Shown: positions 16,271 through 26,617 of the stretch, piece by piece
Layout: every line of letters begins with the position of its first letter
Numbering within the stretch: the first letter of the stretch is position 1
IMG/VR virus record: IMGVR_UViG_3300032323_002612
Coordinates: 1-55,195 of that record
Reading direction: 5' to 3' (one strand)
Origin: a virus
Taxonomy: Duplodnaviria > Caudoviricetes
DNA: 55,195 bases
Translations under genes and position numbers: made by a program
Notes under the pieces: generated by a model
Databases searched by the model: none
Seen by the model: the letters and a program-made list of their open reading frames with translations, nothing else
Told to the model about the DNA's origin: nothing

Positions 16271-18859
16271 TTAGCCGTGTACTGTAAACGATTGTGTTAC
16301 CACACTGCCAGTGGCTGGATATGTGACCTGTACCTGATATGCACCCACAGGTGGTGCTGACAATCCAGTTACAGTAGCTTGCCCTGATGCGTTTAGTGTA
16401 CCAGACCCTGTGCCAAATGCACCAGAGTATGTGTAGGCTGCCAACGCTGTGCCAGTAATGGTCAGTGTTGCAGTGCTGCCGCTGGCAATGTCGTTGGGAG
16501 TGTTGAACCAACCAGTTTGATTTACTGTGACAGATTCTGTTGTGATAGATGCCACAGCATTTACCAATGTACTGGCCTGAGCACTACCTACTGTGACTGT
16601 GATGTTTGCAAGGCCCACAGGAATCATCCAACCAGGCACTGAGTAAAAAACTCCTGTTGCTAGGGCAGCAGCATCAGTTACTCGCACTGTCATGGTATTG
16701 GCAATAGCTGAAGACGATATCACGGCTGTCATGCTGTCGTCTGCTGGCAAGATTCTGACCTGCAACAAAAAGTCCTGTGCTGCCAGCACTGTGGTATTGG
16801 TGGTCCCGTTGATGCCCAGTATCTCAATCTGTTGTGGCGGCAATGGTGTTGCAGGATTCACTGCCTGTGCCACAGAGTAATCCGCAGACAATGCACTGTT
16901 GGTGGTCTGAAACTCTGGTGCGGGCAACGGGGTTGGTGGTGGCTGCGTCAGTGTCTGATCAGTTAGCACAGTAGCAGACGAACCTACATCTGCAGGTCCA
17001 GGCCAAGTAGTAGGCACTTGGTTGTTGGCGGTTATTCCTGCGGTATTCAATGCACGATTGTTGCGACCTTCTCGCAATGCACCCACAATGGCCTGGCCGC
17101 TGATAACTGATGTATCGGCCACGGTATTCAAAAATTCAGACGCATCTCCAGGAGAGTCACTTTGTCCGTACTGCGGTAAACTGGTCACAAAACTCAGCAC
17201 AACGGTTTGATTGTCTGCTACAGAGCCATCATAGTTTATGCCAGCACGAGCTTGATTCACAGCTTCAGTTTCAATTTGCTGACAGATAGTGTTGAATGCT
17301 GTGTTCAGTGTGGTGTTCTGAACAGGATTGGCAGCTATCAATCCAGATATTATGGTAGTAGCCGCTGGAATCAATCCTGTAGTAAATGCAGCATTGCCAT
17401 TGGCATATACCCCGGCAGCAGGGCCGCTGGGAATAGTCACTGGACCGGAGAATACACCATAGTCTCCTTCCACAGTGTTCAACATGTCAGCATAGATACT
17501 GGTCAAGCTGGTCAGAGTCATGGTATTCAAAGTGGCGGTGACTTCGCTCATGAGATCTGTTACTGTGGCACCTGCGGCTGTGCCCAGCAAGTCGTTGATG
17601 GTAAAAGTTCCAAACTCACCAGTGCCCGTGGCAAACGATGTTTGATAGTAGTCAGTGGTGCTGGACGGCACGGGGCTGGTCAGTGTTTGCAGCAACGACA
17701 ATCCTTTGAGTGTGTTCAATTCAGCCGCAGCAGCGGCTAACTCAGGCAAGGTAGTATTTTCGATGCCTTTGATCTGAGCCAATGCGGCCACAACAGCACG
17801 AGTAGACACCGCTTGATCTGGCGGAATAATCTTGGCCAGTTGATCGCAACCAGTGGGACTTTGTACAACAATATCTGGACTAACTGTAGAGTCTGCACCA
17901 TATATCAACGCAGGACCATTGGCAGTGGGGGTCAACAAAGCAGGATAGCTAGTGGGAAACACTCGCACAGGATTCAACAGCTGACTCATGTTTACTTCAG
18001 GATTGGCGGAATCAAACCCAGGAGTGGTAACGCCCAGTATATCCAGCACGTTTTGCAAACAGTCACCAGTGACTTGACGCATGCCTTGGTAGGCCTTCTT
18101 TTGCAATACGTCAAATTCGGTCACAGTCAGTGTAATTGGGCCCGATGGTGTGGCCAATAGATCAATTTCGTCGGGTGTTAGTCCTGCGGCCAACATAGCT
18201 GTTTCTACACAGGGAATAGTGCCTTGAACTATTCCTGCCTGACTAGACAGTTGTTGCATGAGGCCTGCAGGAGTAAGAACCAGTTCTAGATTTGCAAGAT
18301 TATATGCGTTGCCTAGGTGTGCAAGATCATCGGCCAATGCCGGCAGTGCCAAGGAAACACCCGACACATCTCCGGTGATCAGATTATCCATGTTGGAAAA
18401 TGTAGGACCAAGATAAGTGGTGGCGTTGACCGCACTGTAGATTAAGTCCGTGGTCTGTTGTTGATATCCAACCGTGGACAGAAACACGCTGGCGAACTGT
18501 GCCAAATTACCATTGCCCAAATATCTGTCAGCAGTGTCGATGATCAGATTGCCAAACCCGCCTGTGACTGTGGCAGGAATCACTGGATCAGTTTGCACAG
18601 CTACCACAGTGTTGGCATAAGCAGTAGGTATGCTAGCACTCAAGGCAGGACATGTATTGGCACTCAGTGTTTGCAAGGTGGTCACTATGCTGTTGCTGAT
18701 TCCATATGTGTTGGCCAAGCTTATGGTGTCGATCAAGTTCTCCACAAATGTCAGTGAAGAATAAGATGACACTGCACTAGTCAGTGACGTGGGTGTAGCG
18801 ATGCCTACGTTGGCCAACAAACCAGCACCTGCAATCAACTGCAACGGAGAGTAGCTCAT
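16271..18859 (-). CDS. Large putative virion structural protein (baseplate/tail region)
   Basis: 862 aa, rich in T/A/S/G, with Ig-like C-terminal strands; coupled to the PAAR gene. Confidence 0.6.
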   Translation of the reverse strand: MSYSPLQLIAGAGLLANVGIATPTSLTSAVSSYSSLTFVENLIDTISLANTYGISNSIVTTLQTLSANTCPALSASIPTAYANTVVAVQTDPVIPATVTGGFGNLIIDTADRYLGNGNLAQFASVFLSTVGYQQQTTDLIYSAVNATTYLGPTFSNMDNLITGDVSGVSLALPALADDLAHLGNAYNLANLELVLTPAGLMQQLSSQAGIVQGTIPCVETAMLAAGLTPDEIDLLATPSGPITLTVTEFDVLQKKAYQGMRQVTGDCLQNVLDILGVTTPGFDSANPEVNMSQLLNPVRVFPTSYPALLTPTANGPALIYGADSTVSPDIVVQSPTGCDQLAKIIPPDQAVSTRAVVAALAQIKGIENTTLPELAAAAAELNTLKGLSLLQTLTSPVPSSTTDYYQTSFATGTGEFGTFTINDLLGTAAGATVTDLMSEVTATLNTMTLTSLTSIYADMLNTVEGDYGVFSGPVTIPSGPAAGVYANGNAAFTTGLIPAATTIISGLIAANPVQNTTLNTAFNTICQQIETEAVNQARAGINYDGSVADNQTVVLSFVTSLPQYGQSDSPGDASEFLNTVADTSVISGQAIVGALREGRNNRALNTAGITANNQVPTTWPGPADVGSSATVLTDQTLTQPPPTPLPAPEFQTTNSALSADYSVAQAVNPATPLPPQQIEILGINGTTNTTVLAAQDFLLQVRILPADDSMTAVISSSAIANTMTVRVTDAAALATGVFYSVPGWMIPVGLANITVTVGSAQASTLVNAVASITTESVTVNQTGWFNTPNDIASGSTATLTITGTALAAYTYSGAFGTGSGTLNASGQATVTGLSAPPVGAYQVQVTYPATGSVVTQSFTVHG

Positions 18860-19158
18860 TATCGTCCGCCTACGAATACATTGGGCGAACCACCAACACG
18901 AGCATGTCCGCAGGAATCAGTATTTCCAGTAACTACCACTGGTTGATTGCCTGCCCTGACAGATGCAACACCGCCAGCTGTAACTTGACTTCCGTCGTTG
19001 TGCACAGTGGTTCTTCCTCTGCGACCATAAGGAGGATGTGCAGTCACAGCCTGTGCAGGAATCATGATTGGCAGGTTGTTTACACGCACAGAAGCAACAC
19101 CACCCTTGGCTGCTCCTCCTCCTGCATTTAAATCATTTTGACGCTGTGCTGCTGGCAT
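18859..19158 (-). CDS. PAAR-motif spike tip protein
   Basis: MPAAQRQND...SVRVNN...H...SVRAGNQPV...DSCGH...GSPNVFVG. Confidence 0.85.
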   Translation of the reverse strand: MPAAQRQNDLNAGGGAAKGGVASVRVNNLPIMIPAQAVTAHPPYGRRGRTTVHNDGSQVTAGGVASVRAGNQPVVVTGNTDSCGHARVGGSPNVFVGGR

Positions 19159-19159
19159 G

Positions 19160-19468
19160 TTATCCTAGTATAAGTTTCTTTTCTGGCACCTTGATACCAG
19201 TTGTTGCTTCTAGGTATTTCATTTTGACTGAGTCATCAGTTTTGGATACCAAAGAAACGCTGTTAGTATTTAACTTAATTTCTTCCTTGGGATCTGCTGT
19301 AAACAAACTGGGCACCAGTCCCATACCTTGTGGGCCTGGAGCAATGCTGACAGGTTCTTCCAGGGTGATCCAGTCGCCGCCGGACATTTTTACTTTGGCA
19401 ACCATTTCTTCGCCAGAGTTCATTTTGAATGTGTATACTTGATTGTGTTCCAGTGATAGTTGCGTCAT
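19160..19468 (-). CDS. T4-like-phage hypothetical protein (possible Sm-like fold)
   Basis: TFKMNSGEEMVAK and YLEATTGI pattern. Confidence 0.65.
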   Translation of the reverse strand: MTQLSLEHNQVYTFKMNSGEEMVAKVKMSGGDWITLEEPVSIAPGPQGMGLVPSLFTADPKEEIKLNTNSVSLVSKTDDSVKMKYLEATTGIKVPEKKLILG

Positions 19469-19686
19469 GCTAGTTTCTTTCTGAGTTCTGTAAATCCGCC
19501 CACATGTTCTCCATCCAAGAAAATTTGTGGTAGTGTGCGAGCTGTTGGTACAGCTTCAAATAGTTGTTCTCGAGTCCAGTCCTGACTCACGTTGCGTTCT
19601 TCGTATTCAATACCTCGGCTCTCTAGCAGAGATTTGGCTTGAACACAAAATGGACATTGGTCCTTGGACCATACAATTGCTTTCAT
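19465..19686 (-). CDS. Glutaredoxin
   Basis: CPFC, TLPQIF and VGGFTEL motifs. Confidence 0.92.
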   Translation of the reverse strand: MKAIVWSKDQCPFCVQAKSLLESRGIEYEERNVSQDWTREQLFEAVPTARTLPQIFLDGEHVGGFTELRKKLA

Positions 19687-19687
19687 T

Positions 19688-20098
19688 TTAGTTTCCTTCT
19701 TTTGATTTGTCGTAGGTTTTGGCAAAGATGTCAGCTTTGACTACCCCGTAGTCGCCGGGCCCATGTTTGACAATGTAATCGTTGCCCTTGGTATATTCTA
19801 AATTGCCCCATGATGCTTTCACAACTCCGTCATGATCAGCCAGTTTGGCTACTTTCATGATTTTCTTGGGGACGGCTGTACCGTCACCGTTGTCGTCATA
19901 GTAAGCAGCGAACTTGATGTGACTCACAGGATATTTCTCGCCCTTGGGACCAGTAATAATCTTGTGACCTACTGTATAGTTCACTGGGCCTTCCAGTGTT
20001 TGTACAGTACCGTTGTCAGTTGCGGTTTCGTAACTGATTGGGGTGGGATGTTTGTAGGTAGCAAAGCTGCCTTGGTTGAACCATTGGTCGTTAATCAT
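19688..20098 (-). CDS. PGDYG-family protein
   Basis: VQTLEG, GPKGEKYPV and HGPGDYGVVKADIFAKTY motifs. Confidence 0.75.
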   Translation of the reverse strand: MINDQWFNQGSFATYKHPTPISYETATDNGTVQTLEGPVNYTVGHKIITGPKGEKYPVSHIKFAAYYDDNGDGTAVPKKIMKVAKLADHDGVVKASWGNLEYTKGNDYIVKHGPGDYGVVKADIFAKTYDKSKEGN

Positions 20099-21195
20099 AA
20101 GTTTGGTAATTCATCGTAGTCAAGAGAATCGCTCATAACACCAATAACATAGTTAGTGCTTTCGTTCTCTTGCAGTGCAGTTTGTTTCTTGCTGGTGTCC
20201 ACGTGCTTGTTGAACCAAGGAATAGGTGTACTGCGTGGTGCAGACTCCAGATACTTGATGCCAATTTCGTGCAAGGCGTTCTTGGCAGTGTAGTCCACAA
20301 AGTCTCGCAGGATGTTGGCGTTGAGGCCAATCACAGGACCGTGCTTGAACAAGTAGTTGGCCCAGTCTTTTTCTTCACGAATCACATCCTGGTACATTTG
20401 ATACACTTCAGCTTCGCAGCGAATCTTGGCCGCAGCAAAACGCGGATCTTCTTTGACCACTTGATTGATCATCCAAGCTGTCCATTCCTTGTGCATGATT
20501 TCGTCCTGCAGGATTAGACTGATGATGTTGCCGTTGCCGATAAAGATACGATTCTCTACCATGGCCAAGCTGGTGGCAAAGCTCACCATGAAGCGGAATG
20601 CTTCCAGAGCATAGCTGGCATTGAGTGCTAGCCAGATAGCATCAATGTGTTCTGTTTCTGTAACAACGCCACCTGTTTCTTTGCGGCAGTTGATCAAATG
20701 TAACTTGTCATAGTAGTCGCCCACACTGGAGGCCATGGCCACAATCTCTTCTGTGTCATGGATGGTATTGAACACATCCTTGGGCACGTTGTAGATGTTG
20801 CGAATAATGTGGCTATAGCTGCGACTGTGAATGTTGGTTTCAAAGAAACTCCAGTTGTACATCAAGGCTTCTAGTTCAGGAATGCTGCACACAGGTGTAA
20901 AAATTTGACTGGGGCCACGGCCTTGCAAACTGTCCAGTGCTGTTTGTCGCAGTAGATTTGATGTAAAGATGTGTTTGACAGTGTCGCTAGCGTCTTTGAA
21001 GTCTTGGCTGTCTTTGGTCAAACTGACTTCTTCAGGTACCCAAAAGAAACCACGAGCCTCTTGTTCGAACTTGGCCAGCTTGTTGTACTTGACTTCTTCA
21101 AATCGTTGAATGGTCACAGGACCAGATGGGTCCAGAAACATCTTGCGACTCAGGTAGTCTGTTTTTGTTTTTAGATTGTATTGTGCTTTGCTCAT
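20095..21195 (-). CDS. nrdB: Ribonucleotide reductase class Ia beta subunit
   Basis: FFWVPEEV, ETNIHSRSY, ALEAFRFMVSF and DEIMH motifs. Confidence 0.95.
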   Translation of the reverse strand: MSKAQYNLKTKTDYLSRKMFLDPSGPVTIQRFEEVKYNKLAKFEQEARGFFWVPEEVSLTKDSQDFKDASDTVKHIFTSNLLRQTALDSLQGRGPSQIFTPVCSIPELEALMYNWSFFETNIHSRSYSHIIRNIYNVPKDVFNTIHDTEEIVAMASSVGDYYDKLHLINCRKETGGVVTETEHIDAIWLALNASYALEAFRFMVSFATSLAMVENRIFIGNGNIISLILQDEIMHKEWTAWMINQVVKEDPRFAAAKIRCEAEVYQMYQDVIREEKDWANYLFKHGPVIGLNANILRDFVDYTAKNALHEIGIKYLESAPRSTPIPWFNKHVDTSKKQTALQENESTNYVIGVMSDSLDYDELPNL

Positions 21196-21201
21196 GATTT
21201 G

Positions 21202-21351
21202 TTACCAATGTCTAATTACCCCTGCCACAATAAACATGTTTGTGATTATGTAACATGCTACTATGGCAGTTCTTATCCAGGCAACGCGATCGGCTTCACG
21301 ATCGTCGTTACTGGCTTTGTCCCCTAGTGCTTTTGCCCAAAGACGCCACAT
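21202..21351 (-). CDS. Small membrane protein (49 aa)
   Basis: Manual translation MWRLWAKALGDKASNDDREADRVAWIRTAIVACYIITNMFIVAGVIRHW fills the nrdA-nrdB gap. Confidence 0.7.
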   Translation of the reverse strand: MWRLWAKALGDKASNDDREADRVAWIRTAIVACYIITNMFIVAGVIRHW

Positions 21352-21354
21352 AGT

Positions 21355-23670
21355 TTATAGTTTGCAGCTTTCGCAATCTTCTTGATCGTCAAAGTTGATT
21401 GCTTCCAACGGAGTTTCAGTTTCTACCTGTTTTGAACCTTGCTTGTTGATTAGGCTGTAGTAGAATGTTTTCAGCCCCCACATGTGTGCCTGCATCAAGT
21501 TCTTGGCAATCAAGGTAGTAGGCACTTTGCGACCTTCAAAGTGTGCAGGATTGTAGAAAGTGTTGGTGGAGATTGACTGATCCACATAGGCCGCCAACAC
21601 CGCCGCAGTTTTTAAATAACCGTCGCAGTCCTTTTGTGCCCACATCAGTTGATACTTGTTCTTGAGTTTGTGATACTCAGGTACAACCTGTGTCAGGCTA
21701 CCAGCCTTGCTTTCTTTGACACTGATAAGGCTCATGGGCATTTCAATGCCGTTGGTTGAGTTGATTACCACTGAGCTAGATTCCACAGGTGCAATGGCCA
21801 TTGTGGTAGCGTTGCGAACGCCATGCCCACGCATTTGAGCACGTAAGCCTTCCCAGTTCAGCTCAGGAGCAAAGTTGGTTAACTCGTTGACTCCTTTGGC
21901 ACGCAGTTCCCAGGGAAACACACCCTTGCCGTATCGAGTTTGGTCTGATCCTGCACAGCGGCCACGCTCCTTGGCCAGTTCCACACTCATCTCAGTGAGA
22001 TAATATGCTTGATGTTCCATCCATGACTTGACTTCTGCCAGTGCATCCTTTTCGCCGTACTGCAAGCCACGCTTGGCATGCCAGTAGGCCAGGTTGGTGA
22101 TACCAATACCCAGGGGGCGAATTTCATCATTGCTTAACTTGCTTTGAATACTCAAAAAGTCCTGGTAATCAAGTATATTGTTGAGACTGCGGTGAAGAAT
22201 ACGGCAAGCCCTACGCATATCTTCTGGGTTACGGAAAGCTCCCCAGTTGATACTGCCCAATGTGCATAGTGCAATGCGACCATCAGGATCATCGAGACGT
22301 TTAAAAGGTTTAGTAGGGAGTAGAATTTCACAGCAAAGGTTACTCTGGTAAATGGTATGATACTCAGGATCAAACGGGCCCTGGTTCATGACGTTGTCTA
22401 TAAACACAAGATAGATACGTCCTGTGTCTGTTCGCTCTTTCAAAATGCCGCCTTTGAATACTTCTTCAGCTGACATTACTTTTTTTCTCAAATCTCGACG
22501 AGATTCGTACTTGACATAAAGTTCTTCAAACAAGGCAGTATCTTGATAGAAGGCTTCGTATAGATCCGGCACTTCGTTAGGGTCAAAGAACGTGATGTTC
22601 TCTTTGTTTTTAAATCGACGCCAGAAAAAAGCACTAAGCACCACCCCATAGTCCATGTGTCGGACACGGGTTTCTTCGGTTCCTTGATTGTTCTTGAGCA
22701 CAATAAGGTCATCGAACTGATGATGCCAAATGGGATAGAAAACAGTTGCACTAGCATTGCGAATGCCTCCTTGACTACAACTACGCAGGTCACCAAACCA
22801 CTTCTTCAAGAAAGGAACCATGCCAGTGTGTTGTATTTCGCCACCACGAATAGGCGAACCTAGGCTACGCAGTCTGCCAATCTCTAAACCAATGCCAGCA
22901 CGTTTGCTAGCATACTTGGCCATCATCTCTCCACTAGCAAAAATACTATCCAGATCATCATCACTGCGAATAAGAACGCAACTACTGAACTGCTTAGTAG
23001 GAGTCCCAAGCCCAGCAAGCACAGGAGTAGCAAGAGTAAATAGGCCATCACTAGCCGCATTGTAGTATTCCTTTATGTAACGCATGCGAGCACTGTTGGG
23101 TTCTTCTGCGTGAAACACAGTGGCTGCTGCAACCATGTATCGTACCTGTGGTGTCTCGTACATTTCTTTGGTTGAACGATTCTTGACCAGGTACTTTTCA
23201 ATCAGTTGCTCAATGGCAGCATAACTGTATTGCTCGTCTTTGGCATGATCCATCATGTCGTTCATACGGTTCCAGTCAGCCTCATCGTACCATTCCAAGA
23301 GTTCAGGAGTGTACAGGCCTGTGGCCACATTACGCTTCACAATTTCATACAAGTGGGGAGGCTCGTAGCTGCCGTAAACGTCTTTACGCAACATGCTGAC
23401 TCGTTGTTTCCCAGCTACATATTGGTAATTGGTGTGTCCTACATCAGGGTTGGCTTCAACGTCAATCAAGTCCACAATGGCTCGCAAGGTAATTTCGTCA
23501 ATTTCTTTGGTGGTGATCCCATCATAAAAATGTAGTTGGGCTTTGATCTCTACCATGCTTTGACTAACATCTGCAATGCCTGTGCATATTTTGGCAATTT
23601 GTGTCTGCCACTTTTCTAAGGCCAAGGGTTCACGCTGGCCACTGCGTTTAACGACGGTGATAATTTTCAT
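21355..23670 (-). CDS. nrdA: Ribonucleotide reductase class Ia alpha subunit
   Basis: ATP cone (VVKRSG), QFSSC, SNLCCEI, LKTFYY and C-terminal CESCKL. Confidence 0.96.
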   Translation of the reverse strand: MKIITVVKRSGQREPLALEKWQTQIAKICTGIADVSQSMVEIKAQLHFYDGITTKEIDEITLRAIVDLIDVEANPDVGHTNYQYVAGKQRVSMLRKDVYGSYEPPHLYEIVKRNVATGLYTPELLEWYDEADWNRMNDMMDHAKDEQYSYAAIEQLIEKYLVKNRSTKEMYETPQVRYMVAAATVFHAEEPNSARMRYIKEYYNAASDGLFTLATPVLAGLGTPTKQFSSCVLIRSDDDLDSIFASGEMMAKYASKRAGIGLEIGRLRSLGSPIRGGEIQHTGMVPFLKKWFGDLRSCSQGGIRNASATVFYPIWHHQFDDLIVLKNNQGTEETRVRHMDYGVVLSAFFWRRFKNKENITFFDPNEVPDLYEAFYQDTALFEELYVKYESRRDLRKKVMSAEEVFKGGILKERTDTGRIYLVFIDNVMNQGPFDPEYHTIYQSNLCCEILLPTKPFKRLDDPDGRIALCTLGSINWGAFRNPEDMRRACRILHRSLNNILDYQDFLSIQSKLSNDEIRPLGIGITNLAYWHAKRGLQYGEKDALAEVKSWMEHQAYYLTEMSVELAKERGRCAGSDQTRYGKGVFPWELRAKGVNELTNFAPELNWEGLRAQMRGHGVRNATTMAIAPVESSSVVINSTNGIEMPMSLISVKESKAGSLTQVVPEYHKLKNKYQLMWAQKDCDGYLKTAAVLAAYVDQSISTNTFYNPAHFEGRKVPTTLIAKNLMQAHMWGLKTFYYSLINKQGSKQVETETPLEAINFDDQEDCESCKL

Positions 23671-23677
23671 TCTGTGC

Positions 23678-24103
23678 TTACTTAATTTGTTGTTTTATTT
23701 GGGACTGGGTAATACTGTGCCGAGTTTTCTTGGGACTCAGGTTGATATTTACGATAGTGTCGCGGTCCCAATTCAATATATATTTCTCTTTGCTGATCAG
23801 GACTAAATTGTCTCCGTCCACCTCTGTCAACACCGCATCCTGCAGATCTTCACGGTCCAACATAGCTATAGTATACATGATTCCCAACCCTCTTGCAACA
23901 CTGCAATACAAGTTGTCATCCAACAATTGCCATGGATCGGGCCAATTTGGCTGATCATCCCAGTGCAGGTGATAGGGCGTCCAAGGAGCATCAAACCACC
24001 AAGAGTTGATAGCCGTGAGTGCAGATTCGGTATCTAGAGTTTTGCAATGGTGACGAAGAGTCGACCAGCTAGCTAGTCGTTCAGCAAAAGTTTTGGGCCA
24101 CAT
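23678..24103 (-). CDS. Hypothetical protein (possible transglutaminase-like Cys motif)
   Basis: WPDPWQLLDDNLYCSVARGLG. Confidence 0.55.
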   Translation of the reverse strand: MWPKTFAERLASWSTLRHHCKTLDTESALTAINSWWFDAPWTPYHLHWDDQPNWPDPWQLLDDNLYCSVARGLGIMYTIAMLDREDLQDAVLTEVDGDNLVLISKEKYILNWDRDTIVNINLSPKKTRHSITQSQIKQQIK

Positions 24104-25882
24104 TTATGCTAAGTGTGCAATTGAGTAAGTGATAGTCCCGGCTGTGCCAGTTGATGTGGTAGCATAGGCCACAGTGATATTGCCGCCTGGGCTGGCTTCG
24201 GTCACAGTGAGAGTCACCCCAGTACTGTTATTTTCCACGTAATCGTCTGTGTAGGTAAAACCACTAGTGGTGCCGTTGACCACTAGTATTGAACCTGTTC
24301 TAAATGTTGCTCCTCGAGAGATAGTGTAATCTACTCGAAACGCTTTGATGGTACTGGTAGATATCACAAACAGAGTGCCAGAGTTGTTGTCGGCCAACAC
24401 AGAATCAATACCAGCGGTGCGTTGATAATTGCCCAGATTTATCTGGTTGGCTACGGTGGTGTTGCTGACTCCGTTGACAGTGAATGCAATACCACGAATG
24501 TTCATGCCTAGTGCAATACTGTTGGTCCTGGTCAAATTAATTCTAGGAAAAGTAGCACTCTGTGCAGTGGTACGCTCAAACATGTCACCAATGCTGACGT
24601 TGTTGTTGCCGTCAATGTCAATGATGGAATAACCAGGGGACGCAAAGATAGAATTGCCCACATTGTAGAATGTGTTGTAGGCTGTGGCATTTAGTGCTGT
24701 GCTGTCAAACACAATGCCTTGTGCGTAGATTTGATCAAAAGTATTTTGTACAAAGCGTACACCAGTGGGATTGGTGGTCAACACAGCACCTTGATACAAT
24801 GTGTCAAAATAGCTGTTGCTGACAGTGACTCCTTTGAGCACCTGATCGGTAGCAAACGCATACACGGCGTTGGAGAATTTGCAGTTGTCAAACTTGATCT
24901 GAGTACATGGACTTGATCCTGTACTGGCAAATCTCACACAGCTAAGATCGTCTGTGCTGGCAGTAATGTCGTCTACTGTGAGTGGCCCAATGAAGCTTAC
25001 ATTTTGATAAGTGATCTGTTCAGCGTTTTCTGTAAGGCTGATACTGTGAGGCTGTGGCGGAGATGCTGACATGTCACCAACGTTGAATGTTTGAATACTC
25101 ATGTTGGTAACTTCAACATTTCGAGGAGAAATACCGCCGTTGGTACCAATACTACCGCCTACTTGTTGCAAGCTGTCAGACGTACGGATCACATATGCAG
25201 GCAAATCTTCTGGTTGCCAATACACTGTGTTGTCAATACTGACTCCTACTGGGACTTCGCCTAGCGATCTATAGTAATCGCCGCTGTACTTGACCAACAC
25301 TCCAGACTGATATGCAATGTTTCCCACAGTGCCTGAACCACTGAAAGTGTCTACCTTGAACTGAATTATGCTAGAATCAATGCCTTCGCCGTACAACAGG
25401 GCATAAGGAGGAATCAATAAGGTGCCTGTGACTAGATACACACCAGCTGGGAAGAACAGGCTGCGACGAATTTGTGGGTTGATTTCTCTGCAGTAGATTT
25501 GAAACAGTGCACGATTGATAGCAGCAGTGTCATCTGTGACACCGTCGCCTACTGCACCAAAGTTAGTGACCACAGCATAACTATCCAGTCTGTTTTGCAG
25601 ACTTTGAGTAACAGGACTTCCTGAAGTTGCACCAGTCTGTACCACATACCCGCCAGCATTGCCCTCGTATGTGTAGGCAGTGCTGTAGGCCAATAGGTCA
25701 CTGAACTCTGTGAGAATTTCAGTGTTGCCCACAACAGGAGCACCTTCGGCTAGCTCACCGTTGCCAATGAAAAGTCTGCGTTGGTCTACAGCCCAGCCAA
25801 ATTCAGCACCTGCCAGCGGTTGTGGAAGATCTTGTTCAAGTCCCTTGCGTTGGGTAATTCTAGATATTTGTAAAATGGCCAC
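24104..25882 (-). CDS. Tail fibre/spike protein with pectate-lyase-like beta-helix
   Basis: N-terminal AEFGWAVDQRRLFIGNG; FGAVGDGVTDDTAAINRAL and LFFPAGVY. Confidence 0.75.
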   Translation of the reverse strand: MAILQISRITQRKGLEQDLPQPLAGAEFGWAVDQRRLFIGNGELAEGAPVVGNTEILTEFSDLLAYSTAYTYEGNAGGYVVQTGATSGSPVTQSLQNRLDSYAVVTNFGAVGDGVTDDTAAINRALFQIYCREINPQIRRSLFFPAGVYLVTGTLLIPPYALLYGEGIDSSIIQFKVDTFSGSGTVGNIAYQSGVLVKYSGDYYRSLGEVPVGVSIDNTVYWQPEDLPAYVIRTSDSLQQVGGSIGTNGGISPRNVEVTNMSIQTFNVGDMSASPPQPHSISLTENAEQITYQNVSFIGPLTVDDITASTDDLSCVRFASTGSSPCTQIKFDNCKFSNAVYAFATDQVLKGVTVSNSYFDTLYQGAVLTTNPTGVRFVQNTFDQIYAQGIVFDSTALNATAYNTFYNVGNSIFASPGYSIIDIDGNNNVSIGDMFERTTAQSATFPRINLTRTNSIALGMNIRGIAFTVNGVSNTTVANQINLGNYQRTAGIDSVLADNNSGTLFVISTSTIKAFRVDYTISRGATFRTGSILVVNGTTSGFTYTDDYVENNSTGVTLTVTEASPGGNITVAYATTSTGTAGTITYSIAHLA

Positions 25883-25900
25883 AGTGTAATCCTCAATTGA

Positions 25901-26617
25901 TTACATATTTAGCATGTAGTACTGCTCAACTCGGTGCCACCAAAGACTGCGATATTTTTCAAACTCTGCACCCTCCAGCACAAATTCTTGATATTGTGGG
26001 GGTTTAATGATGTTGAATTGTTCGTCTACGTCGGGTTTGACGCACATCAAGATCACGCCTTTGCGAATCTGTGTCCCGTGCAGTTCATTGTGTGCTTCAG
26101 CATAGGCACACAGTTGCAAAAAGTAATCTTCAATGTACTCGCGTTTTTTGGGCTTGTTGCTTTGCTTGTAGTCAAGAATAGCTTCCTGATTCAAGTGTAT
26201 GCCTGCACCGTCGGTGGTGCCTGCGTACACAGCAGGAAAATACAGCGGAACCTCAATGCCCCAAAATTCATTGACGTTGCACAGGCCTTTGGTGACCACT
26301 TCGTGTGCCATGGCATGACTGGCCCATGAATAAGGATTAGTGGTACGTTCCTTGATTGCACCATGCTTGACATAGTCTTCAAGGTAAGTGTGCATGCGGG
26401 TGCCGCGATTGGCTGCTTCTGTAGTGATCTGCTGTGCCCGAGCTTCACCTACAGATTTTCTCCAATTGGCCAGGGCAATACGACTCTCTGCGGGTTTGGT
26501 TTTGTCCAGTATGGTGGTTACACTGGGTAGTTTGTTGCCATCGGGTGTGGCATAAAATCTTTTGCCATTGACTTCCACACGAGGGATAGGTTTGTATTCA
26601 AATTTTGGGTTGTACAT
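25901..26617 (-). CDS. PD-(D/E)XK exonuclease
   Basis: LPSVTTIL, RGTRMH, YAGTTD, ILDYKQS and QLCAYA motifs. Confidence 0.85.
   Translation of the reverse strand: MYNPKFEYKPIPRVEVNGKRFYATPDGNKLPSVTTILDKTKPAESRIALANWRKSVGEARAQQITTEAANRGTRMHTYLEDYVKHGAIKERTTNPYSWASHAMAHEVVTKGLCNVNEFWGIEVPLYFPAVYAGTTDGAGIHLNQEAILDYKQSNKPKKREYIEDYFLQLCAYAEAHNELHGTQIRKGVILMCVKPDVDEQFNIIKPPQYQEFVLEGAEFEKYRSLWWHRVEQYYMLNM

Noticed and set aside
20095-23670. Introns or inteins in nrdA/nrdB
   Set aside because: Both ORFs are continuous and of normal length, with no splicing motifs.
25901-26617. Exonuclease as Cas4
   Set aside because: It lacks the four-Cys Fe-S motif and any CRISPR context; it is an ordinary phage PD-(D/E)XK nuclease.
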